This document shows, one piece after another, positions 28,729 to 37,914 of a stretch of DNA of 61,642 nucleotides. The DNA is from Methanobacteriota archaeon. Lineage in GTDB: Archaea > Thermoplasmatota > Poseidoniia > Poseidoniales > Poseidoniaceae. Both the position numbers and the translations under genes were made by a program. The stretch is taken from the NCBI GenBank assembly GCA_018649825.1, contig JABIHC010000176.1:1-61642 (forward strand), written 5' to 3'. Numbering within the stretch: the first letter of the stretch is position 1; each line of letters opens with the position of its first letter. Under the pieces are notes generated by a model. The model was not told the origin of the DNA and did no database searches. It saw only the letters and a program-made list of their open reading frames with translations.

Positions 28729-30423
28729 TCAGACACCTCCAAAGCCGAGTATTCCTGTGAACACCGCTAATGAATAACCACTCATCATATCAAAGACAAT
28801 CCATGGAAGTATTCCGAATAAGACAATTAAGAGGGCCATAATCATCATTCCACTACCTTCCCATCTTGAAATATCAACGGGTGATTCACCGTGTAGGCTT
28901 TCAGGTAATTCTCCTTCCAATCCACCTTCAAATATTGTTCTCTGCATCGACCAAAGGTAGTATGCAGCAGTTATTGCGAGCGTAAGTCCTGGTAGAAGAA
29001 CCCACCAACCGAATGCCTTCCAGAAGGCGATTAATACTGCTATTTCTGCTACGAATCCTGCCAATAGAGGCAATCCAAGGCTTGCCATCCAACTGAACAT
29101 CATAAAGACTCCAAGGAATGGACTATGCCTTGCTAAGCCGCGCATTGCACCAATCTCAAGAGTATGATAATGGTGTTTGAAAGATCCGCATACTGCGAAA
29201 AGCATTGGGCTGATGATGCCGTGTGCAAACATCATAAAGATAGCCGCAGTAAAGCCCAATGGCTCCATAGTAGCAATACCCAAAGTAATAACTCCCATGT
29301 GAGAAACAGAAGAATAAGCAACCATTTTCTTGAGGTTCTTTTGGCCAAGACAGACTAGCGAACCATAGACCAAACTAACCAATCCAATAGTTAGCAATAG
29401 CCATTGGAAATTAACCAGTGCATCGGGGAACATACTAACACAGAAACGGAACAAACCATAGCCGCCCATCTTTAACATTACACCAGCAAGAAGCATTGAA
29501 CCAGAAGTTGGAGCTTGCACGTGAGCATCGGGCAGCCAAGTATGGAATGGAACTGCTGGAAGTTTCACCAAGAATCCAAGAAGGAACATTAGGAAAAGGG
29601 CATTTTGCATATTTGCACCAAGCCAAACATCACCACGATCACTTGCTGCTTGAGAGGATCTAGTCAACTCAGTAATGTCAAAAGAACCGTCATTTAGGAA
29701 GTACAAAGTAATTATTCCGAGAAGCATAATAACTGAGGCGGTGAAAGTATAGATGAAAAACTTCTGAGCAGCATATCTTCTCTCGCTTCCACCCCACTTG
29801 AGAATTAAGAAGAACATTGGAATCAATGTTAATTCCCAAAACACATAGAACATGAATAAGTCAAGACTAACGAATACACCGATTAATGCACCGCCCATCA
29901 TTAGAATTAGTGGGTGATGATACCAACCTGCTTTTTCCTCCCAAGTTGTAATCATTACAATTGGTAATAGCAAAGTTGTTAACCAAACCATAGAGAATGA
30001 AAGAGCATCCATTCCGACGTGCCAATTAACTCCCAAGGTTGTATTCCATGCATAAGAGAATTCCAATTCATAACTGTTAAATGTTGAGAAATCCCAATTT
30101 ATGCTCTCCAATATTCCAAAGAAAAGGGAAGTTGTAATTGCCAACATAAATAGGCTGAAAAACAAACTGGCTAATTTGATTGGCATCTCAATGTTACGCT
30201 TGCGTCGGCGAGTAGCCATGCTTGCAAAAGCCATCAATACACCAGAAGCAATTATTGGGAAACCAACAAGAGGCATGGTAATCCAATCAATTTGTCCATC
30301 AGAATTAGTTTCAGCAAATGAAGGGAACATATAGGTCAAGATGGCAATGATTGCGAAGAATCCGGTAATCAAGATCATCTCTCTCTCGCCCATTCTAAAG
30401 TTGGCATTTTGATGTGCGCCCAT
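28729..30423 (-). CDS. nuoM: Complex I-like subunit M
   Basis: Antiporter-like subunit (WLPDAHVQAPTSGSMLLAGVMLKMGGYG). Its ATG directly abuts the nuoL stop (TGAATG). Confidence 0.9.
   Translation of the reverse strand: MGAHQNANFRMGEREMILITGFFAIIAILTYMFPSFAETNSDGQIDWITMPLVGFPIIASGVLMAFASMATRRRKRNIEMPIKLASLFFSLFMLAITTSLFFGILESINWDFSTFNSYELEFSYAWNTTLGVNWHVGMDALSFSMVWLTTLLLPIVMITTWEEKAGWYHHPLILMMGGALIGVFVSLDLFMFYVFWELTLIPMFFLILKWGGSERRYAAQKFFIYTFTASVIMLLGIITLYFLNDGSFDITELTRSSQAASDRGDVWLGANMQNALFLMFLLGFLVKLPAVPFHTWLPDAHVQAPTSGSMLLAGVMLKMGGYGLFRFCVSMFPDALVNFQWLLLTIGLVSLVYGSLVCLGQKNLKKMVAYSSVSHMGVITLGIATMEPLGFTAAIFMMFAHGIISPMLFAVCGSFKHHYHTLEIGAMRGLARHSPFLGVFMMFSWMASLGLPLLAGFVAEIAVLIAFWKAFGWWVLLPGLTLAITAAYYLWSMQRTIFEGGLEGELPESLHGESPVDISRWEGSGMMIMALLIVLFGILPWIVFDMMSGYSLAVFTGILGFGGV
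28734..28740 (-). promoter_or_regulatory. Shine-Dalgarno GGAGGTG for nuoN
   Basis: The plus-strand text CACCTCC lies 6 nt upstream of ATG 28727 and just upstream of the nuoM stop codon. Confidence 0.6.
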
Positions 30424-32730
30424 TCAAGCCACCCCCCAGATTAATAGGAAAATCGCAAAAATACCGAGAACTGCCATCATTATGTAATCGCGGGCTGAAC
30501 CTGTTGTCAATGAACGAATATAGGTCGAAGTCTCTTGTGAACCATATTCAATTCCCTTAACCGCTCCGTCAATTACCCGACGGTCAAACCAAGCACAAAT
30601 GTTTGCAAACGGAACTACTATCCACTTTTCACAAATGTTGTCATAGAAGTCATCGATGTATAAGCGCTTGTCAAGTGCCTCGGCAAGACTTGATTCAGCC
30701 CAAGCGGTATTGTCAAAATGTGAACGGCTGTTAACCTTGTGTGAAAGGCGAATTAGCCATTGTAACCAAGGCTTTGCTTTGTATGCATCCAAGCGACCAC
30801 CATAAAGAGCCATAGCGGTGAATGGTCCCACAATCATTGACAAGAAAATAGTCAACATAGTTACGAGGAAAAGAATAGAGGAAACAGAATCATCTCCACC
30901 TGGAAGGAAGGCATGTTTCAACTCATGAACCAACCCACTTACAATATCAAGGGAGAGGTGACCAAATCCTTCAGATGCCCAACCTATGAAGTGCATTGAT
31001 GCAAGAACAATCGCACCAAGTGTCATGAATGTTAGAATGACTAATGGGATTGGGATGAATGGAGTATCTTCAACAACTTCATCAGCAACCGGCGTATTTG
31101 CTTTGCCAGCGAAAGTCATGAACCACATTCTGCTCATGTAGAAGCCAGTCATTCCAGCACCAATCAATAATAGAAGCGCTGGGCCGAATAGTAAGAACCC
31201 GCCATCGGTTAAGGCTGCTTTCCAAGTACTGGCAATAATTCCTTCTTTAGACCAGAAGCCACCAATTAGTGGGATTCCAATTATTGACATTGAACCAACT
31301 GCCATTGCAGTAGCGGTAATTGGCATCTTTCCAGCAAGTCCACCCATGTTAGTCATATCTTGAGCATCGAAATGATCCTCTTCGTGATGTCCATCATCAT
31401 GGTCTCCGTGGCTATGATTGATTTTATGGTGCGCATGGTGCATTTCATGAATAACTGAGCCGCTTGCCATGAATAGCATTCCCTTTGCCATTGCGTGGTT
31501 GAATAAGTGGAAGAGAGAAGCGCCAAAGGCAAAGAGGCCAGCAGTAGTATGGCCATTATTGAGTAACCAAGCAGCCGCACCTAATCCAGTAAAGATGTAT
31601 GCCAACTGACTCATTGTTGAATAAGCCAATACTTTCTTGATATCCTTTTGCACAAAGGCAATTAATGCTGCGAATACTGCAGTAAAGCCACCAATCCAAG
31701 CAATTGTTAGTGCCAAGGTTGAGAGGTCTCCGGCAAGTTGATCATTAGCGAAGAATGGAATCATCCTAACAACCAAATATAATCCAGCATTTACCATTGT
31801 TGCTGCGTGAATAAGAGCGGAAACAGGTGTTGGACCTTCCATCGCATCCGGTAGCCACACGTGAAGAGGGAATTGAGCGGATTTGCCGACTGCGCCGATA
31901 AACATCATTCCCAAGGCAAGGTGAAGTTGACCTTGGTTTCCATCTGCAACGACTTGAGCGATTGCAGCATCGGACCAAACTGTAGCAAATTCAAGACTAT
32001 TGAATAAATTCCACATCATTAGTAATCCTATGAATAAGAATACATCGCCAACACGAGTTGTTAAGAAAGCCTTCTTTGCTGCATAAGCAGCACTCGGTTT
32101 ATCATAATAGAATCCAATTAATAGATAGGAACATAACCCCATTATTTCCCAGAAAATGAATAACCAAAGGAAATCGTCAGCTAAGACCATTCCGAACATT
32201 CCTGCACTGAATAATAAGAATTCGGCATAGAAGCGATGGTTTCGGTCTAGATTTATCTCATCGGTATTCATGTATCCAAGGCTGAATATTCCAATCATCA
32301 AACATAGGAAACTTGCTACAAATAATAGCATTACACTTGCGTGATCAAGGTAAATTCCAAAGCCAAAGGATTCAGAAATCAAATTATCGCCATCGGTAAT
32401 GTGGAAATTAATCCACGAATCATATTCACCTACATTAGCACTAACCGCATCATCATTAGATTCTGTTGCACTATGTGCCGATACATCACCGTTTGCATTA
32501 CCGGCATCCCAACCAGAAACAGCACCAATATATCCAGAAATTAGAGAAAGGGAAAGGCCGAGAACAACACCAAGTACAACGACTGCAATGGTCCCTCCTT
32601 CCTTCCAAGCCTTCCTCCAAGAAGGCATACCATTGAACATTTGACCAATGAAAAGTATGACTGGGAAAGCCACTATCGGTATGATAGGAATCAATAAAGC
32701 ATAATCTATTGCGCTCATCATCATAACCAC
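30424..32730 (-). CDS. nuoL: Complex I-like subunit L (with His-rich insert)
   Basis: Has HVWLPDAMEGPTPVSALIHAATMVNAG and a long C-terminal amphipathic or TM extension typical of NuoL. The start is one of GTG 32730 or ATG 32724/32721/32718, downstream of GAGGTGG. Confidence 0.9.
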   Translation of the reverse strand: MVMMMSAIDYALLIPIIPIVAFPVILFIGQMFNGMPSWRKAWKEGGTIAVVVLGVVLGLSLSLISGYIGAVSGWDAGNANGDVSAHSATESNDDAVSANVGEYDSWINFHITDGDNLISESFGFGIYLDHASVMLLFVASFLCLMIGIFSLGYMNTDEINLDRNHRFYAEFLLFSAGMFGMVLADDFLWLFIFWEIMGLCSYLLIGFYYDKPSAAYAAKKAFLTTRVGDVFLFIGLLMMWNLFNSLEFATVWSDAAIAQVVADGNQGQLHLALGMMFIGAVGKSAQFPLHVWLPDAMEGPTPVSALIHAATMVNAGLYLVVRMIPFFANDQLAGDLSTLALTIAWIGGFTAVFAALIAFVQKDIKKVLAYSTMSQLAYIFTGLGAAAWLLNNGHTTAGLFAFGASLFHLFNHAMAKGMLFMASGSVIHEMHHAHHKINHSHGDHDDGHHEEDHFDAQDMTNMGGLAGKMPITATAMAVGSMSIIGIPLIGGFWSKEGIIASTWKAALTDGGFLLFGPALLLLIGAGMTGFYMSRMWFMTFAGKANTPVADEVVEDTPFIPIPLVILTFMTLGAIVLASMHFIGWASEGFGHLSLDIVSGLVHELKHAFLPGGDDSVSSILFLVTMLTIFLSMIVGPFTAMALYGGRLDAYKAKPWLQWLIRLSHKVNSRSHFDNTAWAESSLAEALDKRLYIDDFYDNICEKWIVVPFANICAWFDRRVIDGAVKGIEYGSQETSTYIRSLTTGSARDYIMMAVLGIFAIFLLIWGVA

Positions 32731-32731
32731 C

Positions 32732-33034
32732 TCAATTCTTTAAGAGCCGGACCTCATCCAGATTGATAGTCTCTCTTTGACTATATAGTGAAAGGAATAT
32801 TGCTAATCCAATCGCTACTTCAGCAGCGGCGATTGCAATTGCAATCACGGCGTAAACCCAACCGGTGACATCACCGTATTGGGCTGCTGCTGCAATGAAA
32901 TTAATATTGACTGCATTGAGAATTAACTCGGCGCACATCAATACGATAATTGCATTCTTGTTAGTGAATGCACCCCATAGTCCAATGGTGAATAGAATTG
33001 CACCTAATCCAATTGCATATGTTGGATCAATCAT
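32732..33034 (-). CDS. nuoK: Complex I-like subunit K
   Basis: A 100-aa, three-helix protein (..NAIIVLMCAELILNAVNINF..AAAEVAIGLAI..). GGAGGTGA lies 6 nt upstream, and the start shares 1 nt with the preceding stop. Confidence 0.9.
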   Translation of the reverse strand: MIDPTYAIGLGAILFTIGLWGAFTNKNAIIVLMCAELILNAVNINFIAAAAQYGDVTGWVYAVIAIAIAAAEVAIGLAIFLSLYSQRETINLDEVRLLKN

Positions 33035-33303
33035 TACAACTCACCTCCATTTATTTCCCATTCAAGATTTTCTTTGCGTTCATCACGAACCAAATATGCG
33101 GCCCCCACCAATGCCATAGCAAGAAGAACCCCTAGCATCAAGAATGCAAAAGGCCAATCGAGAAGAAGAGCATTTGCTAATTCACCTGTTGTTGGGGAAC
33201 CTTGGGCTTCATCCTCCCAAATTGAATCAGTAGAAACTGTTGCAATGATAACCAATCCCATCACGATTAGGCCGAAATAAGCCAATGAGTTGAGTAATTT
33301 CAT
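33034..33303 (-). CDS. nuoJ: Complex I-like subunit J, C-terminal half (split nuoJ)
   Basis: LANALLLDWPFAFLMLGVLLAMALVGAAYL matches the C-terminal NuoJ helices. It overlaps the preceding half by 4 nt. Confidence 0.75.
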   Translation of the reverse strand: MKLLNSLAYFGLIVMGLVIIATVSTDSIWEDEAQGSPTTGELANALLLDWPFAFLMLGVLLAMALVGAAYLVRDERKENLEWEINGGEL

Positions 33304-33575
33304 TCAAAGTCCCCCTCAATGATTTGCCTACGGGTGAGCATGATACCAAATAGTACCACCAAACCTACGCTTGCGAGATATACTAAGATTTGTATTGCTG
33401 CCAAAAATTCTGCATTGAGTAAGATGAAAACTCCGGCAACCGACATAAATGTAAAAATTAGAGACATCATAGAATGGGCGACTCTTTGTGAGTAAATTGT
33501 TCCGAGTGCACCGGCAATCGCAATTGCTGCAAAAAGGAAGAATACTCCCTGTTCCGCATATACTGCTATTCCCAT
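33300..33575 (-). CDS. nuoJ: Complex I-like subunit J, N-terminal half (split nuoJ)
   Basis: AHSMMSLIFTFMSVAGVFILLNAEFLAAIQILVYLASVGLVVLFGIML matches NuoJ TM1-3. Confidence 0.8.
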   Translation of the reverse strand: MGIAVYAEQGVFFLFAAIAIAGALGTIYSQRVAHSMMSLIFTFMSVAGVFILLNAEFLAAIQILVYLASVGLVVLFGIMLTRRQIIEGDFE

Positions 33576-33577
33576 TT

Positions 33578-34570
33578 TCAGGCCTCCGCTTTCTTTGCTT
33601 TGGCAGATTTCTTCTCGGCCTTTTTGGCTCGCTTGGCTCGTTCTTTCTTTGCCCTTAGAGCAAGTTCCTCGTCAACGGCTTCCTGTTGTTCGGAAATTAA
33701 AACACGGGTTCGGCTTGCATCAAACCACAAATCCTCGCGAGTATAACCTGACAAACCATCATACTCGTTTGTCATAAAGAAGGAAGTTGAATCACATGCC
33801 TCCATACATAGCCCGCAGAACATGCAACGACCCATGTCAATCATTCCAGAAACAATTTGCTCATCACCACGAAGGAGATTCTCACTATATTCAATTGTTT
33901 CTTTGTTGCTATCATTCCAGCGAACTGTTGCAGTCTTGCCAGATAGACTAATTACTTCGCCAAAGCGATATTCTGGCTCGGGTGCTGTATGAGCAGTGAC
34001 AGGATTACGTACTTCGTGAGCGGCAAGAACTTCTTCTAATGGAAGAGCAGCATATCCGCCAACTTGTAAGTCGCCACCAAGGCCACCATGCTCGCTATCT
34101 TCATCCTGAAGATCCATTATATCAACACGTAGTTTTGTTGACATGTGCAAACAATCGTTTGGACATATCCTTATGCATAACTTGCAGGCGGTGCAAGTCT
34201 CCCAAACTACACCGATACGCCCATTATATTGCCCTGGCTCAAACAACCAAGGCTCAAGGTCCTCTAATCTTTCATAAGGATACATTATGGTATAGGGCTT
34301 CCAAATAGTTGGGAATAACTCGCTTCCTTCACGGTCAGCAGTATATTCGTGAGCAGTAACATCATTCATGATATTTCCTTCTGCGCGAGCAATGGATTTT
34401 TCATCGAGCATATTGGGCTCAATTTTGTTGTGATAGCCATCTGCATTTGCTTTAGCCCAGCGATTAAAAGGACCGCGGCTGAATGTACGAGCCATGGCCT
34501 TGATGCACATATGGAAAGGTTTCCAAAACATGTTTCTAAAATTTGGTTGTGCATTTGGGTGTGTTGCCAT
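33578..34570 (-). CDS. nuoI: Complex I-like subunit I (2x[4Fe-4S]) with N-terminal extension, internal insertion and Lys-rich tail
   Basis: Carries CTACKLCIRICP and CMFCGLCMEAC motifs. The protein is 330 aa, against roughly 160-180 aa for the typical subunit. Confidence 0.85.
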   Translation of the reverse strand: MATHPNAQPNFRNMFWKPFHMCIKAMARTFSRGPFNRWAKANADGYHNKIEPNMLDEKSIARAEGNIMNDVTAHEYTADREGSELFPTIWKPYTIMYPYERLEDLEPWLFEPGQYNGRIGVVWETCTACKLCIRICPNDCLHMSTKLRVDIMDLQDEDSEHGGLGGDLQVGGYAALPLEEVLAAHEVRNPVTAHTAPEPEYRFGEVISLSGKTATVRWNDSNKETIEYSENLLRGDEQIVSGMIDMGRCMFCGLCMEACDSTSFFMTNEYDGLSGYTREDLWFDASRTRVLISEQQEAVDEELALRAKKERAKRAKKAEKKSAKAKKAEA

Positions 34571-34579
34571 ATTCTCACC

Positions 34580-36076
34580 TCACTCCTTACCTGCTAAGTG
34601 CGTCCCCGCAGGCTCTGTTGTATAGACGTGATAAGGACGACCAGGAGGGTCCTTGTCAACATCCTTGATGTAAACTGTGAAAACAATTAATGATACTAAG
34701 GTGATAATTAGAGGGATAGTCCAAGCAAATCCAGTTCCACCATCCCATGCACTTCCACCAGCTGCACCGGAGTCAATATTTTCAGCGTTAAAGAATTTGA
34801 GACGGAGTACGAAAGCGACTGCAAGTTGGAACATTGATAGAGGCAATAGGTATCTCCAGCCGAATTCCAAAATCTGGTCGGTACGGATGCGGTGAAGAGC
34901 AGCCCGAGCGATAACGAATATGAGGAAGGTTGCCCAAGCCTTGAGGAGAGTCCAAAGAACCCCTGGCATACTCCAAAGAGCGCCAAATACTGGGATTGCG
35001 CTAAATGTTCCGGCTAGAGGTGCATTCCAACCGCCGAGGAACATTACAGAGAACATGATACATGCAGCCCATACGCGCATGTATTCGGCTGCGAAAAGCA
35101 AACCCCAGCGCATACCGCCATATTCAGTCCACCATCCTTCGACGAGTTCGGCTTCAGCCTCAGGCATATCGAATGGAATACGCTCAACTTCAGCGATCAT
35201 CGTGATCAAAAAGAGGCCTGCACTAAGTGGCATGAGGAAAATATTCCAAGAACCTGAAGAATGCTGGAACTCCCCTAATTCTACGAAATTAAAAGTTCCT
35301 GTAACTACACACACTCCGAGAACTGTGATAAGAAGTGGAATCTCATATGCGGTTAACTGGGCTGCAGAACGGATGCCTCCGAGAAGCGTATATTTGTTAT
35401 TTGAAGCCCATCCGGCAAAAAATACACCGATAGGAGCTATTCCAAAAATTGCAAAAGCAAACAGTACTGAAAGTTCTGGATTAATTGCATATAGGCCTGC
35501 CGAAAACGGCATAAAACCAATAATGACCACAGTAGAAGTTACAATTAGGAAAGGAGCCAACTCAAAAATTGTCTTGTCAGCACGGTTTGGAACCATGTGT
35601 TCCTTTGTTAGAAATTTCATTCCGTCAGCAATATTCTGAATAAAACCAGGTAAAGCCCACCAAGCACCAAACCATGAACGGTTTCCGACGCGGTCAACTG
35701 TTGCGTGCTCGCTTTCATTACCCATTACTTTGTTTAACCAACGGTTCAATGCACCGATAGGTGTGCCAATGCCAAAGGGCAACATTTTCCACCACTCACC
35801 GGCAGTAACGCCCTGTTCACCAACCCAAAGACTTCTCCAGTCCATAGTCGCTCCACGACGATCCATCATACGAGCCCAAACTTTGCGCTCTAACCACAGA
35901 ATGACGAACATGCTTAGCATGAATACTCCGAGAATGGCTACACAAGAAATCATGGTTGCAGTAATGACCGCGAGTGAGCCTGCATAGGATTCCAATGGAG
36001 TGCCAGTCAATGCTGCATCAGCAAGTGATCTAACTCCATCAAATATTAATTCGTGAATTACAAAACCTTCAGCCAT
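34580..36076 (-). CDS. nuoH: Complex I-like subunit H (enlarged)
   Basis: Has WLERKV.ARM, IADGMKFLTKE, AEVERIPFDMPEAEAELVEGW.TEY and R.DQ blocks. ATG 36076 lies 5 nt after GAGGTGA; the ORF opens at 36160 inside nuoD. Confidence 0.88.
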   Translation of the reverse strand: MAEGFVIHELIFDGVRSLADAALTGTPLESYAGSLAVITATMISCVAILGVFMLSMFVILWLERKVWARMMDRRGATMDWRSLWVGEQGVTAGEWWKMLPFGIGTPIGALNRWLNKVMGNESEHATVDRVGNRSWFGAWWALPGFIQNIADGMKFLTKEHMVPNRADKTIFELAPFLIVTSTVVIIGFMPFSAGLYAINPELSVLFAFAIFGIAPIGVFFAGWASNNKYTLLGGIRSAAQLTAYEIPLLITVLGVCVVTGTFNFVELGEFQHSSGSWNIFLMPLSAGLFLITMIAEVERIPFDMPEAEAELVEGWWTEYGGMRWGLLFAAEYMRVWAACIMFSVMFLGGWNAPLAGTFSAIPVFGALWSMPGVLWTLLKAWATFLIFVIARAALHRIRTDQILEFGWRYLLPLSMFQLAVAFVLRLKFFNAENIDSGAAGGSAWDGGTGFAWTIPLIITLVSLIVFTVYIKDVDKDPPGRPYHVYTTEPAGTHLAGKE

Positions 36077-36081
36077 AATTA

Positions 36082-36088
36082 TCACCTC
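36082..36088 (-). promoter_or_regulatory. Shine-Dalgarno GAGGTGA for nuoH
   Basis: The plus-strand text TCACCTC overlaps the nuoD stop and lies 5 nt upstream of ATG 36076. Confidence 0.6.
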
Positions 36089-37226
36089 AACGGTCAGTCT
36101 CCCCAATACATGGATCGAAACTACCCATAATTGCAGGGATGTCAGCAATCTTGTAACCAATCATCGTCTTTGCAACGAAGGGAATAGTGATGAACATCGG
36201 ACTACGAATAGACATCCTGTATGGACTCTTTCCACGACCTTCGCCCCCACCTTGTAAGTAGAACATTGATTCTCCGCGTGGGTCCTCGAAGTGATGGAAA
36301 CCAGAAGCACCTTCTGGTGCGCGATTTGGAGCTTTAGATAGAATCATTTCATCACCAGGTGAATAATGGGTATCAGCGCCGCCTGGTATCTTGTCAAGAG
36401 CATCCAAAATCATTAGAGCAGATTGACGCATTTCTTCCATACGGACACGGTAGCGGTCATAACAGTCTGCTCCCTTAATCGATGCCTGCTTCTCAACACT
36501 TGGTTCCCAATCAATTTCATCATAAACCGAATATGGATGAGCCCAGCGAACGTCATAATTGACTCCAGCAGCGCGCACATTTGGCCCAGTAACTCCGGCA
36601 TTCACCATTTCTTCGGCCTTTGCATAACCCACACCTTGGGTTCGGATAAGGAAAATAGTTGACTCATCAAGAAGCATTTCGTATTCTTGCATTCGCTCTA
36701 AGAACATCTTTGTCTTTGCCCGTGCACGGTCGGCAAATCCAATAGGTAAATCTCGCTTTACACCGCCTACGCGAGGGAAGTTGTAATGCATTCTTGATCC
36801 ACCTAACTCTTGCATTAAGTCGAGGAACATTTCACGGTCACGCAAACACCAAACGAATACGGTTAGGTTTCCTGTATCGGGAGTATATGCACCAAGCCAC
36901 ATTAGATGAGATGCAATTCTTTGCATTTCATTTGCAATGAGACGGATATATTCAGCTCGCTCTGGGACTTCTACTTCGAGTAGGTTTTCGGCTGCATAGA
37001 TATAGGAGTGGGCCCAAGTCATAGCGCTTGCATAGCAAAGCCGGTCACAATATGGAGTAATTTGAGTGAAATCACGAGATTCGCAAATTTTCTCTACTCC
37101 ACGGTGAATATAACCCAACTCTGGTTCAGTATCAACGACGGTTTCTCCATCAATTTTTACGCGCAGAGTCCAAAGACCGTGAGTCATAGGGTGCTGAGGT
37201 CCCATTGTAATCCACATTTGTGCCAT
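36087..37226 (-). CDS. nuoD: Complex I-like subunit D (49 kDa / NiFe-hydrogenase large-subunit-like)
   Basis: MGPQHPMTHGLWTLRVKIDGE, LGYIHRGVEK and the C-terminal DPCIGETDR match NuoD. Confidence 0.92.
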   Translation of the reverse strand: MAQMWITMGPQHPMTHGLWTLRVKIDGETVVDTEPELGYIHRGVEKICESRDFTQITPYCDRLCYASAMTWAHSYIYAAENLLEVEVPERAEYIRLIANEMQRIASHLMWLGAYTPDTGNLTVFVWCLRDREMFLDLMQELGGSRMHYNFPRVGGVKRDLPIGFADRARAKTKMFLERMQEYEMLLDESTIFLIRTQGVGYAKAEEMVNAGVTGPNVRAAGVNYDVRWAHPYSVYDEIDWEPSVEKQASIKGADCYDRYRVRMEEMRQSALMILDALDKIPGGADTHYSPGDEMILSKAPNRAPEGASGFHHFEDPRGESMFYLQGGGEGRGKSPYRMSIRSPMFITIPFVAKTMIGYKIADIPAIMGSFDPCIGETDR

Positions 37227-37237
37227 ATCAATTCACC

Positions 37238-37912
37238 TCACTTCACCTTGTCCGCATCTATCGGTTTGCGGCCAAAACCTTGTGCATCATCATACATCTC
37301 ATTAAATCCATCATAACGCAAACGGTGCTGCTTCTGCAATGGATGGAAACCAACAGGTGAATCGTGCGGGTTCAATACTCGCACCATATCCTTGTGGCCT
37401 TCAAAATTAATTCCGACTAAATCCCAAGTCTCTTTTTCATTCCAATCTGCCCCAACCCAAACGGATTGGACGGAAGGCACTGTAGGAGTTGTTGAAGGAG
37501 GGAGGATAATTCCAACTTCATACTCCATTGGAATATCATTACCTTCTAGTTCTCCACCGCGCATTACATGAGCAACACCAGGTTCTTGGTTCTTGACAGG
37601 CATTCGCATAAGGTGGGCTACTACCTCCCAACCTTTGTCTGCCCCACCATCGGGGTGGTGGATTCCTGTAATCATTGAGCAATGGTTTACGCCATTATCA
37701 AAGCGGAGCCACTTTGCTAGGGCCAACCAATGTTCAGGTGGGCATTCAATGCTAACATAACTACGCTTTGAGCCACTGCTATGTTTCAATACTGAAGCGA
37801 CGACTCCGGCTTTGGAAAAATGTGAATTGATTGCAGAAACTGCTGCCTTAGCAGCTGATTCATTTTGATCTGCGCTTACCATCCAACTTGCACCTGTTGC
37901 TTTGTCCGACAT
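37238..37912 (-). CDS. nuoC: Complex I-like subunit C (30 kDa)
   Basis: GADWNEKETWDLVGINFEGHKDMVRVL is the NuoC signature region. The gene sits between nuoB and nuoD. Confidence 0.85.
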   Translation of the reverse strand: MSDKATGASWMVSADQNESAAKAAVSAINSHFSKAGVVASVLKHSSGSKRSYVSIECPPEHWLALAKWLRFDNGVNHCSMITGIHHPDGGADKGWEVVAHLMRMPVKNQEPGVAHVMRGGELEGNDIPMEYEVGIILPPSTTPTVPSVQSVWVGADWNEKETWDLVGINFEGHKDMVRVLNPHDSPVGFHPLQKQHRLRYDGFNEMYDDAQGFGRKPIDADKVK

Positions 37913-37914
37913 AA

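Noticed and set aside
33034-33575. nuoJ as a frameshifted pseudogene
   Set aside because: The two halves overlap by 4 nt, so they are probably translationally coupled. Each is a clean set of TM helices, and split nuoJ1/nuoJ2 genes are known in other archaea. The split is more likely genuine than a sequencing error.
34920-35639. A 239-aa ORF on the plus strand
   Set aside because: It is antisense to nuoH and is a typical shadow frame of a membrane-protein gene (Pro/Arg/Ser-rich). The same reasoning applies to 4273..4959, 6103..6648, 10555..11016, 14336..14770, 15947..16351, 17117..17539 and 54417..54824.
36077-36160. nuoH N-terminal extension overlapping nuoD
   Set aside because: The longest-ORF start lies inside nuoD. 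ATG 36076 has a GAGGTGA SD at correct spacing and gives a sensible N-terminus.
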